Position numbers and translations under genes: made by a program. DNA of 32,000 bases. It comes from Corynebacterium glutamicum ATCC 13032 (GTDB lineage: Bacteria; Actinomycetota; Actinomycetes; Mycobacteriales; Mycobacteriaceae). Below are positions 8,561-16,976 of this stretch, piece after piece (position 1 is the first letter of the stretch; the number at the start of each line of letters is the position of its first letter). The stretch lies in contig NC_003450.3 in NCBI RefSeq assembly GCF_000011325.1, positions 420,001 to 452,000 on the forward strand, read 5' to 3'. The notes below the pieces were generated by a model, which was not told where the DNA came from, did no database searches, and saw nothing but the letters and a program-made list of their open reading frames with translations.

Positions 8561-9442
8561 ATGGACAACAATAATTCCTACCTCTGGCCAGTAACCTACG
8601 ACGAAGTCTCCCATGAATTAACCAAGTGGAAGTTCTACAAACACTTCACCAAAATCTCAGGATCGGTGTATTTAAAGAACGATCTGATCGATGATCCTGT
8701 TTTAGTCACCCAAGCACTCATAAAGAGATGCCCTCAAGGAGTGCTGAGGGGATATGCGGCATTGAATCGAAGAGGATATCAACTATTCGACGACCCTTGG
8801 ATGCCCATAATTAGCATTTCGGGTGAGCCTCGCACGAGAAAAACAACCAACGTCGGAAAAATCATTCGTCGCGAAACCCCTGAAAATCTAAGGCGTAGTG
8901 GGGAATTCACGCTCGTGAGTGATTCCCAAGCACTTTTGGATGTGTTTAGTTTGCACGGGCTCGATAGTTTTGAGCATCAGGTGGCGTTGATCGATCATCT
9001 GATTAGGCAGTGTCCGGATTTGAAGGATGAGATCAAAAAGGTTCCTGAACTGCGGAAACATGCGGAATTTACGGATGAGTTTGCGGAGTCGCCACCGGAG
9101 TCGAGATTGCGGGTGCGTCTTCATATGCAGGGGTACCGGAATTTTATGCCGCAGGTTCGTGTGGAATTGGAGGGGAGGAGGTTTTATTTGGATTTGGCGG
9201 ATCCGGTGTGGGGTGTCGCGTTGGAATATAACGGTGGGTGGCATTACACCGCTGAGCAGAGGTCGAAGGATGCGTTTCGGAAGAATGCTCTGAAGAATGC
9301 GGGGTGGGATGTTTTTGAGGTGACTTCTAAGACGTTGCAGAGTCAGCAGGCGTGGGATTATTTCTTTCAGCAGGTCAGGGTGGCGATTCAGCGGAAGTAT
9401 GCGGATCGTAAGAGGAGGTTGCCGATGCAGACTGTTAGTTGA
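8561..9442 (+). CDS. Hypothetical protein with a C-terminal Vsr/DUF559-like (restriction-endonuclease-fold) domain
   Basis: The C-terminal segment ESRLRVRL..GYRNFMPQVRVEL..YLDLADPVWGVALEYNGGWHY....D..R.NALKNAGWDVFEVT follows the E...Q...D-x-A..-x-E-x-DG..H...D..R...L...GW pattern of DUF559/Vsr-like proteins. The N-terminal half is visibly AT-richer than its neighbours. Confidence 0.6.
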   Translation: MDNNNSYLWPVTYDEVSHELTKWKFYKHFTKISGSVYLKNDLIDDPVLVTQALIKRCPQGVLRGYAALNRRGYQLFDDPWMPIISISGEPRTRKTTNVGKIIRRETPENLRRSGEFTLVSDSQALLDVFSLHGLDSFEHQVALIDHLIRQCPDLKDEIKKVPELRKHAEFTDEFAESPPESRLRVRLHMQGYRNFMPQVRVELEGRRFYLDLADPVWGVALEYNGGWHYTAEQRSKDAFRKNALKNAGWDVFEVTSKTLQSQQAWDYFFQQVRVAIQRKYADRKRRLPMQTVS

Positions 9443-12023
9443 TTGCTTCCAAAGGGGAGATTCGGGAGGCTCGGTTGGCTGGGATGAGGGCTGCTATGCC
9501 TCCGATGATGATTGCGGAGATGAGCATTAATCCGATTTGGGTCCAGGGGAATTCGACGGGTGCCATGCCTCGGGTGCGGAGACAACTGACGATTGCCCAG
9601 CCGATAAATGTACCTAGGAGGAGTCCGTGGATTGCGCCGTGGATGGAGAGGATGACGGATTCGAGGGTAATCATGCGGCGGATTTGTCCTCGTTGGACGC
9701 CGGTGGCGCGGAGGATTCCGATTTCGCGGGTGCGTTCGCTGATGGAGAGGAACAGTGTGTTGACGATTCCCAGGACTGCGATGATCACTGCCAGGGCGAG
9801 CAGTCCGTAGATGATGCCGAGCAATTGGTTGATTTGGGTGCCGAGGCTTCCGCGGAATTCATCTTTGGATTTCACTTGGACGATGAGGAAGGGGGCTACG
9901 GCGTCGACGAGGATGTCGCGGAGTTCTTCGTTGGTGGTGGAGCCGTCGCCGTTGACGAAGATTTGGGACCGGTGGTAGGTGTCCGCGGAGGTGAGGACTC
10001 GGTTGGTGGCGGCTGCGTTGACCATGAGGTGTCCGACGAGGTTGGTTTCTGCGTAGATGCCGGTGATGGGGACGCGGATGCCGTCGTCGGATCCGTAGGG
10101 GTTGACGGTGACGGTGTCGCCTACTTCGAGGTCGGATTGGTCGGCGTAGGTGGTGGAGATCATGACGCCGGGGGTTTCGTCGTCGAAGGCGTCGCCGGAG
10201 CGGACTGCGAGGTCGAGGAACTGAGAGAGGTCGCCGTCGAAAATTGTGGTGTTTTCGTTGTCCCATCCGTTGACTTGGACGCTGCCGGTCATGAGGGTGC
10301 CCACTTTGCCGACTCCGCGGGTTTGTGCGATTTCCTGTGCGACGGCTGCGGACATGGACAGTGACCTTGAACCGCCGGCGGGTTGTCCAGGGATCATGGT
10401 GCCACCGATGCTGTCGAGGACATATGGGGATTTGATGGTGGATTCCATGGACCCGAAGACGCTGGCGCGGGTGGTGGCGCCGATGACTCCAACGCAGGCG
10501 ACGAGGCCAACGCTCAAAGTGACGGCCAGTGCGGTGGTTGCGGAGCGTCGCGGATTGCGCAGGGTGTTGCGTTGTGCGAGCTTGCCGACGGCTCGGAACG
10601 GCGACATTATCGCCACGCCAAGAGTCTGAGAGGTCGCCACCATCAGTGCGGGACCGGACAGGGAGAGTGAGAAGAACACTAAGAGAAGTCCAGCGCCGAT
10701 GAATGCGAGGCGTGTTTCTGTTTTGAATTCATCTCCGTTGATGGCGGATACCACGGCACCTGCGATCGTCAGGCTGATTCCAAGGGTGAGCATGACGGCG
10801 GCGACGAGGAAGCGGATCCTTCCGAGGGCGTCGCTGCGTGCATCGGAGGATTCGAATGCTTGGACTGGTGGGAGGTTACCGGCGCGGTGAGCAGGCGATA
10901 TGGAGCTTAGTACGGTGGCAGTGACGGCGAAGAGGACAGGGAAGATGAAGGATCCGGCGTTGTAGGTGATGTCGATGGAGGAGAGGGTGTCGCCGAATTG
11001 GTTGAGCACTTGGACAAGTGCATTGACCACTCCGAAGCCAACTGCGATGCCGATGAAACCGCCGATAAGTCCGACGAATACTGCTTCCATAATCACGGAG
11101 AATCCGATTTGGAACGTGGAGACACCAATGGAACGGAGGAGGGCGAATTCGCCGGTGCGTTGGGCGACGATCATCGCGAAGGTGTTGGCAATGATGAACG
11201 AGCCAACAATCAGTGCGATCGCGGCGAATGCCAGGAGCACGTAGGTCATGAACTCCAGTTGGCGGGCGGTGTCGCCGGTGGTTTGGTCGATGATTTGCTC
11301 GGGCAGCAGGGGCAGGAGGTCGCGGTGGTTTTTGCCGATGCGGTTGCGGACTGCCATGGGGTCGGCGCCGTCGTTGACTGCGATGGTGATTTGGCTGGCG
11401 TCGGTGCCGTTGGTGAACAGTTCGACGTAGCGCTGTGGGGTGAATCCGACTCCGACCCAGCCTGCGACGTCGGTGTTTGATTCGAAGGTTCCAGACAGGG
11501 TGGCGTCGATGCGTTCGGTGGGTGTGACGATCGTTAGGTGATCACCGAGGGAGAGCCCGCCACGTTTGGCGGCCGAAGCGTTGACTACTACCTCGTCGGG
11601 TTTTGTGGGGAAGTGGCCGTCGATAAGCGTTGGCTCGGGCGAGACCCACTCGCCCTGCGGATAAATGGCTAGCGGGTGCGTGCCGGAGCTGCCTGCTTGC
11701 AGGGGATTGCCGTCGGAGTCGGTGAGGATCAGCGCGGATTGGCCGGTCATGGTGGTGCCGGAGGGCATGCCGGGGCCGTCGCCGATGATGTTGACGGCGC
11801 GGACTTCCGGATACTGCTCAATTTCGGCGATGACGGAGAAAGGTACGCCGTCGGGGTTGTTTTGTTGCGCGATAACGCCCACGTCAACGCCCTCCACGCC
11901 GGCATCAACGATGGAGGAAAATGTTCTTTCAAGGGAATGTGTGAGGAGGAGGGAGCCACACAAAAATGCGGTTCCTAGCACAACCGAAAGCACTGTTAAT
12001 GCCATGCGGAGTTTATTCGCCAC
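9435..12023 (-). CDS. ABC transporter permease, MacB/FtsX type with two FtsX domains (about 860 aa); true start probably upstream of 12023
   Basis: It has two four-helix TM blocks separated by large extracytoplasmic regions and the typical N-terminal ...KLRMALTVLSVVLGTAFL helix. The frame stays open to 12122 and continues the family-typical N-terminus (see finding). Confidence 0.85.
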   Translation of the reverse strand: MANKLRMALTVLSVVLGTAFLCGSLLLTHSLERTFSSIVDAGVEGVDVGVIAQQNNPDGVPFSVIAEIEQYPEVRAVNIIGDGPGMPSGTTMTGQSALILTDSDGNPLQAGSSGTHPLAIYPQGEWVSPEPTLIDGHFPTKPDEVVVNASAAKRGGLSLGDHLTIVTPTERIDATLSGTFESNTDVAGWVGVGFTPQRYVELFTNGTDASQITIAVNDGADPMAVRNRIGKNHRDLLPLLPEQIIDQTTGDTARQLEFMTYVLLAFAAIALIVGSFIIANTFAMIVAQRTGEFALLRSIGVSTFQIGFSVIMEAVFVGLIGGFIGIAVGFGVVNALVQVLNQFGDTLSSIDITYNAGSFIFPVLFAVTATVLSSISPAHRAGNLPPVQAFESSDARSDALGRIRFLVAAVMLTLGISLTIAGAVVSAINGDEFKTETRLAFIGAGLLLVFFSLSLSGPALMVATSQTLGVAIMSPFRAVGKLAQRNTLRNPRRSATTALAVTLSVGLVACVGVIGATTRASVFGSMESTIKSPYVLDSIGGTMIPGQPAGGSRSLSMSAAVAQEIAQTRGVGKVGTLMTGSVQVNGWDNENTTIFDGDLSQFLDLAVRSGDAFDDETPGVMISTTYADQSDLEVGDTVTVNPYGSDDGIRVPITGIYAETNLVGHLMVNAAATNRVLTSADTYHRSQIFVNGDGSTTNEELRDILVDAVAPFLIVQVKSKDEFRGSLGTQINQLLGIIYGLLALAVIIAVLGIVNTLFLSISERTREIGILRATGVQRGQIRRMITLESVILSIHGAIHGLLLGTFIGWAIVSCLRTRGMAPVEFPWTQIGLMLISAIIIGGIAALIPANRASRISPLEAIN

Positions 12024-12122
12024 AACGCTGCGCCACGTGATGGTGCGCAGCGGCGAATTTAGAAAAGCCTTAGCCGTTTTTAAGACGGTGATAATTTTCC
12101 TCCTTGGTGAACTCCTTAAAGT

Positions 12123-13028
12123 TTAACCGCGAGGAGTCTCATTATTGTTACTCGCAGAAGCTGGGTGCTGGGCTCGCAAATGTGCTGGGATGGCTGATCG
12201 TGCTTCCAAATATTTACGTAACACCTCGTAGGAGTTTGGTCCCATGAGTGCACGGAGTTCTGTTTCCTGTGTTTTCCACATGGGTTCGGCATTGGTGTGG
12301 CAGCGCGGAGAGGTGGTGCAGTACCAGTCGAAATCCTCGCCGCCGTTGCCCCAGCCGCGCCGGTTGTATTCAGTAATTGTGGTGCGCAAGATTTCTTGCC
12401 CGTCGGGGCGCTCTTCCCAGGCCTCCAGGCGGCGCAGCGGGAGCTGCCAACAAACTTCAGGCTTGACGACGGTTAGATCCTCATTTGCGTTCACGCCCCA
12501 CTGATGCAGCGCACACCCCGCGCCTGTTTCCCAACCCGCCCTGTTGGCAAAAATACAGGCGCCGTTGACCACAGTTGTCTTCAAAGCGGGCTCGGGATTG
12601 CCGTCTTCATCATCTAATTCATCCCATGTCAGCCACGGCTCAATGTCGGTGCCGTCATCGGATGCTAAAAACGAGTCCGTGGAGGCGGGGCGTAGCTGCC
12701 AATACTTAGCGGGCATCTGAGCAACGGCATCATAAAGCTGATCTCGATCTGTCTCATCTGCTAAGAATGCACCGTGGCCGCAACAACCCACGTCGGCGTT
12801 TTCGGAATCAATACCTAAACAATCGGGGGTACCAAAGGTGCAATTCCAATTAGACTCAAGCCACGTTAAATCGATGCTAAATACATGCTCAATATCAGTT
12901 GGATCCGTGAATTCATACCATTCACGTGGGAAATCAAGAGGGAGTTCCTCCCCAGCACGAATCGATGCCGCCGCTGGCGAAGACTCGGGGAAACCTAAAA
13001 ATACCGAAGAAGAATTTGACCGATTCAC
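12123..13028 (-). CDS. Conserved actinobacterial Cys-rich hypothetical protein (positional counterpart of M. tuberculosis Rv0495c)
   Basis: 301-aa ORF divergent from ppx, as in mycobacteria. It has 10 Cys, including [14 protein letters not shown] and CTTSPRCH clusters. The start codon is uncertain (GTG at 13028). Confidence 0.7.
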   Translation of the reverse strand: MNRSNSSSVFLGFPESSPAAASIRAGEELPLDFPREWYEFTDPTDIEHVFSIDLTWLESNWNCTFGTPDCLGIDSENADVGCCGHGAFLADETDRDQLYDAVAQMPAKYWQLRPASTDSFLASDDGTDIEPWLTWDELDDEDGNPEPALKTTVVNGACIFANRAGWETGAGCALHQWGVNANEDLTVVKPEVCWQLPLRRLEAWEERPDGQEILRTTITEYNRRGWGNGGEDFDWYCTTSPRCHTNAEPMWKTQETELRALMGPNSYEVLRKYLEARSAIPAHLRAQHPASASNNNETPRG

Positions 13029-13061
13029 ACTTTGCCACCCTAGACCGTCTAACCTTTAGGT

Positions 13062-13991
13062 GTGAGATTAGGTGTATTAGATGTGGGCAGCAATACTGTC
13101 CACCTAGTTGCAGTAGACGCGCGTCCCGGTGGACACCCCACCCCGATGAGCAATTGGCGTACCCCACTGCGCCTTGTTGAGCTTCTTGATGACTCCGGGG
13201 CGATCTCCGAAAAGGGCATCAACAAACTCACCTCAGCAGTCGGGGAAGCAGCAGACCTAGCGAAAACGCTCGGCTGCGCTGAACTGATGCCATTTGCTAC
13301 ATCGGCAGTCCGCTCCGCCACCAACAGCGAGGCAGTGCTCGACCACGTGGAGAAGGAAACCGGCGTCCGCCTGTCCATCCTTTCCGGTGAAGACGAAGCA
13401 CGCCAAACTTTCCTCGCAGTTCGACGTTGGTATGGATGGTCCGCAGGGCGCATAACTAACCTCGACATCGGTGGCGGCTCCCTGGAACTATCCTCCGGAA
13501 CCGACGAATCCCCAGACCTCGCGTTCTCACTGGATCTGGGTGCGGGCCGCTTGACCCACAACTGGTTCGACACCGATCCACCGGCACGTAAGAAAATCAA
13601 CCTCCTGCGCGATTATATCGATGCGGAACTTGCAGAACCCGCCCGCCAGATGCGCACCCTAGGGCCCGCGCGCCTGGCAGTGGGAACATCCAAAACTTTC
13701 CGCACCCTGGCACGACTGACTGGTGCTGCGCCCTCATCCGCAGGACCACACGTCACCCGAACCCTCACCGCGCCGGGTCTGCGCCAGCTGATCGCATTTA
13801 TCTCACGAATGACTGCGGCGGACCGCGCTGAGCTGGAAGGTATCAGCTCGGATCGGTCACATCAGATCGTGGCAGGTGCGCTAGTTGCGGAAGCTGCGAT
13901 GCGTGCGTTGGATATTGACAAGGTAGAAATTTGTCCGTGGGCACTTCGTGAAGGTGTGATCCTCACCAGGATCGACAAAGGACTCGAGTAA
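13062..13991 (+). CDS. ppx1: Exopolyphosphatase, Ppx/GppA family
   Basis: The N-terminal LGVLDVGSNTVHL and the DIGGGS motif are those of the Ppx/GppA ASKHA fold. Its position between the Rv0495c-like gene and proC matches ppx1 in Corynebacteriales. Confidence 0.85.
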   Translation: MRLGVLDVGSNTVHLVAVDARPGGHPTPMSNWRTPLRLVELLDDSGAISEKGINKLTSAVGEAADLAKTLGCAELMPFATSAVRSATNSEAVLDHVEKETGVRLSILSGEDEARQTFLAVRRWYGWSAGRITNLDIGGGSLELSSGTDESPDLAFSLDLGAGRLTHNWFDTDPPARKKINLLRDYIDAELAEPARQMRTLGPARLAVGTSKTFRTLARLTGAAPSSAGPHVTRTLTAPGLRQLIAFISRMTAADRAELEGISSDRSHQIVAGALVAEAAMRALDIDKVEICPWALREGVILTRIDKGLE

Positions 13992-14018
13992 CATTTACCC
14001 GGAAAGGAGTTGGCGAAA

Positions 14019-14825
14019 ATGAGTGAAGAGAAACTCACAGTCGCTGAGCTGATGGCGCGTGCCGCGAAAGAGGGACGCTCCACCGATGCTCCCCGACGAC
14101 GCAGGCGCCGCAGCATCGAAGACGGTGGCGTATCCGTTGCTGAGCTGACCGGCTCCATTCCTGCCGTTAAGGAAAAGCCCGCGGAGTCCAAGCACTCCAG
14201 CGTGCCCATCGATGCACCAGCAGAACCTGAGGTTGTTGAGGCCCCCAAGCCTGAGCCCGCCGAAGAAGTAGAAGTGGCTTCGGTGGAGGGCGACGTCGAT
14301 AAGCAGGAAACCCCTGAGCGTCCGGCGCCGAGCAACGAAGAAACCATGGTGCTGCGCATCGTGGATGAAAAAGATCCAATTAGCTTGACGACGGGCGCGT
14401 TCCCCGTGGTTCCGGCAGTTGCCGCCAAGCCGGCGCCCGTAGTGCGCGCGGAGAAGGACGCCGATGTGGAGACTGCCGTAAAGGCAGATTTCGCAGAGGT
14501 GGAAGTCGATAACACTGACACCACGCAGATGGCTGTGGTGGAAGAAGTTGACGAGGAGCCAGAGCAAGAAAACAAAATGTCCGTATTCGCGATCATCATG
14601 ATGGCGATCGTCGGAGTTGTTCTCGGTGTCGTTGTATTCCTCGGCTTTGAAATGCTGTGGGAGCGCCTGAACAAGTGGATCGTCGCTGTTCTGGCAGTCG
14701 GCGTGACCTTGGGAATGGTGGGCATCATCCACGCTTTGCGCACCTCACGTGATGGTTTCAGCATGGTTCTCGCAGGAATCGTGGGCCTGGTCATGACGTT
14801 CGGGCCGCTGGCAATCGTCATGTAA
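14019..14825 (+). CDS. Hypothetical membrane protein with an acidic Pro/Glu/Ala-rich N-terminal region and C-terminal TM helices
   Basis: GGAAAGGAG lies 9 nt upstream of the ATG at 14019 (the track start 14010 is TTG). The C-terminal roughly 90 aa form about three hydrophobic helices. It is the positional counterpart of Rv0497. Confidence 0.6.
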   Translation: MSEEKLTVAELMARAAKEGRSTDAPRRRRRRSIEDGGVSVAELTGSIPAVKEKPAESKHSSVPIDAPAEPEVVEAPKPEPAEEVEVASVEGDVDKQETPERPAPSNEETMVLRIVDEKDPISLTTGAFPVVPAVAAKPAPVVRAEKDADVETAVKADFAEVEVDNTDTTQMAVVEEVDEEPEQENKMSVFAIIMMAIVGVVLGVVVFLGFEMLWERLNKWIVAVLAVGVTLGMVGIIHALRTSRDGFSMVLAGIVGLVMTFGPLAIVM

Positions 14826-14885
14826 TTTGTCGTTTTGGGCCCCCGCTGCTGCAAAACAGGGGTGGTTAGTGGCAGTGTGGGAACC

Positions 14886-15698
14886 ATGACAACAATTGCT
14901 GTAATCGGCGGCGGACAAATCGGCGAGGCTTTAGTCTCAGGTTTGATCGCGGCCAACATGAATCCACAAAATATTCGCGTCACCAACCGTTCGGAAGAGC
15001 GCGGCCAAGAGCTGCGTGACCGCTACGGCATCCTCAACATGACGGATAATTCCCAAGCCGCAGACGAAGCCGACGTGGTGTTCCTGTGCGTGAAGCCGAA
15101 ATTTATCGTCGAAGTGCTCTCCGAAATCACCGGCACTTTGGATAACAACTCCGCACAAAGTGTTGTGGTCAGCATGGCCGCAGGCATCAGCATCGCTGCC
15201 ATGGAAGAAAGCGCCTCTGCGGGGCTCCCCGTCGTGCGCGTCATGCCGAACACTCCAATGCTCGTGGGCAAGGGCATGTCGACTGTCACCAAAGGCCGCT
15301 ACGTTGACGCGGAACAGTTGGAACAAGTCAAGGACTTGTTGAGCACCGTTGGAGACGTCCTCGAAGTCGCGGAATCAGACATCGACGCAGTCACCGCGAT
15401 GTCCGGATCCTCCCCTGCATACCTGTTCCTTGTGACCGAAGCGCTCATTGAGGCAGGAGTTAATCTAGGCCTGCCCCGCGCGACCGCTAAAAAGCTCGCT
15501 GTGGCCTCATTCGAAGGTGCTGCAACCATGATGAAGGAAACCGGCAAAGAACCCTCAGAATTGCGCGCAGGCGTTTCCTCACCCGCAGGCACCACCGTCG
15601 CAGCCATCCGAGAACTCGAAGAAAGCGGAATCCGAGGCGCTTTCTACCGCGCAGCCCAAGCTTGCGCCGACCGATCTGAAGAACTCGGAAAGCGCTAG
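14886..15698 (+). CDS. proC: Pyrroline-5-carboxylate reductase
   Basis: [16 protein letters not shown] Rossmann motif and the ProC C-terminal dimerisation domain ([15 protein letters not shown]). The ATG at 14886 is preferred over the upstream alternative start at 14835. Confidence 0.9.
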
Positions 15699-15939
15699 AA
15701 ACCGTTATTTCCCCGTTATCAGCTCGTTGTTTAGGAAGAAATTCACGAAAACGTTTTTCTTCCACCAACTCCAATGACCTGCAGATTCACATTCGAAACT
15801 ATTAATAACGGGCGAAACACCCGCGTGTTTAAACAACAATTGTCGCACTATTCACACAAATCACGCTAAGCTGAACCAGGCAAAAGCGTGATCGTACTGC
15901 GGGAGGGGAAGCCCGCAGCGCGCGAATTGCTGAAGGGTA

Positions 15940-16140
15940 ATGATATATATGGCTAGAGAAGATAACGGAACCTTCCTGACAGTCGCCGAGGTCGCAGAAA
16001 TCATGCGCGTCTCCAAAATGACTGTCTACCGATTGGTTCACTCCGGAGAACTCCCGGCAGTTCGCGTGGGACGATCATTTCGTGTCCACGAGAAAGCTGT
16101 CAACGAGTACCTGGACTCCTCCTTCTACGAGGCTGGCTAG
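15940..16140 (+). CDS. Small excisionase-family helix-turn-helix DNA-binding protein (Rv0500A-like)
   Basis: LTVAEVAEIMRVSKMTVYRLVHSGELPAVRVGRSFRV is the canonical excisionase/MerR-type HTH conserved downstream of proC in actinobacteria. The start could instead be the ATG at 15949. Confidence 0.8.
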   Translation: MIYMAREDNGTFLTVAEVAEIMRVSKMTVYRLVHSGELPAVRVGRSFRVHEKAVNEYLDSSFYEAG

Positions 16141-16153
16141 ACTCCACAACAGC

Positions 16154-16215
16154 AAAAACCTCTCCACGTAACTCCCGGATAACACCTCCGAAAGTGACGT
16201 AGAGAGGTTTTTCTG
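16154..16215 (+). terminator. Putative terminator after the HTH gene
   Basis: AAAAACCTCTCCACGT (16154-16169) pairs with ACGTAGAGAGGTTTTT (16197-16212) and is followed by a T-rich run. The loop is long, with an inner CGGA/TCCG stem. Confidence 0.45.
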
Positions 16216-16462
16216 TTTGTTCGCCCGGCATGATGATTTTGGGGTTTTGTTGAGGTGTTTTTGAGGTGTTTTTGGTGCTCAATAGTCTTAAAGGTAAGAT
16301 GGAAAAATCGTGCCAGCGCACACCCTTGGAAATGCCATCGCGGATACTTCCGATGGTGTAGCACGCGGGTTAGATTTTTGCTCGCGATCCGAAAGTGCAC
16401 TTCGGCAAAAAGTGCTGGCAGGTTTTGTACGTACAACATCGATTTAAGCGAGGGAAACCGTA

Positions 16463-16564
16463 ATGGGTTCTGTCATCAAGAAGCGCCGCAAGCGCATGTC
16501 CAAGAAGAAGCACCGCAAGATGCTGCGCCGTACTCGTGTCCAGCGTAGAAAATTGGGCAAGTAA
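16463..16564 (+). CDS. Ribosomal protein bS22 (33 aa, Rv0500B-like); absent from the supplied ORF track because it is under 60 aa
   Basis: ATG at 16463, TAA at 16562-16564. The translation is [39 protein letters not shown] lies 7 nt upstream, a strong terminator follows directly, and the position after proC and the HTH gene is conserved. Confidence 0.8.
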   Translation: MGSVIKKRRKRMSKKKHRKMLRRTRVQRRKLGK

Positions 16565-16586
16565 GCCTTCAATTGAGCTTCAAACT

Positions 16587-16616
16587 AGCACCGCCTTTCG
16601 GGGCGGTGCTTTTTTG
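16587..16616 (+). terminator. Rho-independent terminator of the bS22 gene
   Basis: AGCACCGCC (16587-16595) pairs with GGCGGTGCT (16602-16610) around a short loop and is followed by TTTTTTG. Confidence 0.75.
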
Positions 16617-16731
16617 TGTCTTGGGTGGGGTGCGTTGGGGATTTTTTATGGGTTCTTTGTGGGTTCGGGGGTCTCAAACTCCCCGGGAAAGCGATTCGGG
16701 TGCTGGGGTTTTGGAAAACGTGCGTATTGAA

Positions 16732-16840
16732 CCAAGGAGCACTTCTCTGGACGAGCTTTTGGTCTGAATCTGCAGTTTCGCCGCCTCGAAATGTGCAAAT
16801 GAGACCAAGGACCGGCTTGGCCCAGGTAGTTTTGGTTTAA
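16732..16840 (+). repeat. Repeat head module X1 (109 bp)
   Basis: Aligns to 28022..28130. The first 79 nt are about 90% identical, the next 18 nt are diverged, and the last 12 nt (GTTTTGGTTTAA) are identical. It contains TTGGTCT.A / TGAGACCAA and TTTCG/CGAAA stems. Confidence 0.85.
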
Positions 16841-16869
16841 AACGGCAGTCTGCTCGAAACAGCAGCGAG

Positions 16870-16966
16870 GAACCCAGAGATCATGACCTCTCAGATTGGC
16901 GTTTAAGCGCTTGAAACGCCGAAACCCGCACTAATCCCATCGGAGAATTCGGACCTCTTAAAACGG
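16870..16966 (+). repeat. Repeat tail module Y1
   Basis: About 70% identical by eye to 27909..28006. It shares CCTC.CAGA(A/T)..GCG and the terminal GGACCTCTTAAAACGG with the tails of units A and B. It ends about 10 nt before the stop of the HAD gene on the opposite strand. Confidence 0.7.
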
Positions 16967-16976
16967 CTCCTGTGCG

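Noticed and set aside
12108-12122. GAACTCCTTAAAG resembling the repeat tail terminus GACCNYTTAAA
   Set aside because: It is short and lacks the rest of the tail. The same bases are explained as the Shine-Dalgarno region (AAGGAG on the minus strand) of the permease gene.
13040-13075. TAACCTTTAGGT palindrome and duplicated TTAGGTGT near the ppx1 start, reminiscent of a DtxR/iron box
   Set aside because: It is only a partial match to the 19-bp TTAGGTTAGCCTAACCTAA-type consensus as I recall it. The second repeat lies inside the first codons of ppx1 (RLGVL). The evidence is insufficient.
13862-14986. 374-aa minus-strand ORF antisense to the 14019-14825 gene and the start of proC
   Set aside because: It has a low-complexity Ser/Thr/Ala/Pro-rich translation typical of shadow ORFs in high-GC DNA. 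The opposite strand carries recognisable genes with RBS and motifs.
15734-15763. Hairpin GGAAGAAA...TTTCTTCC after proC as a terminator
   Set aside because: The stem is AT-rich and only 8 bp, and no T-run follows (ACCAACTCC). It is too weak to call.
16250-16271. Tandem 11-mer TTGAGGTGTTT x2 upstream of the bS22 gene
   Set aside because: There are only two copies, with no partner elsewhere in the window. It could be replication slippage, and no function can be argued from the sequence.
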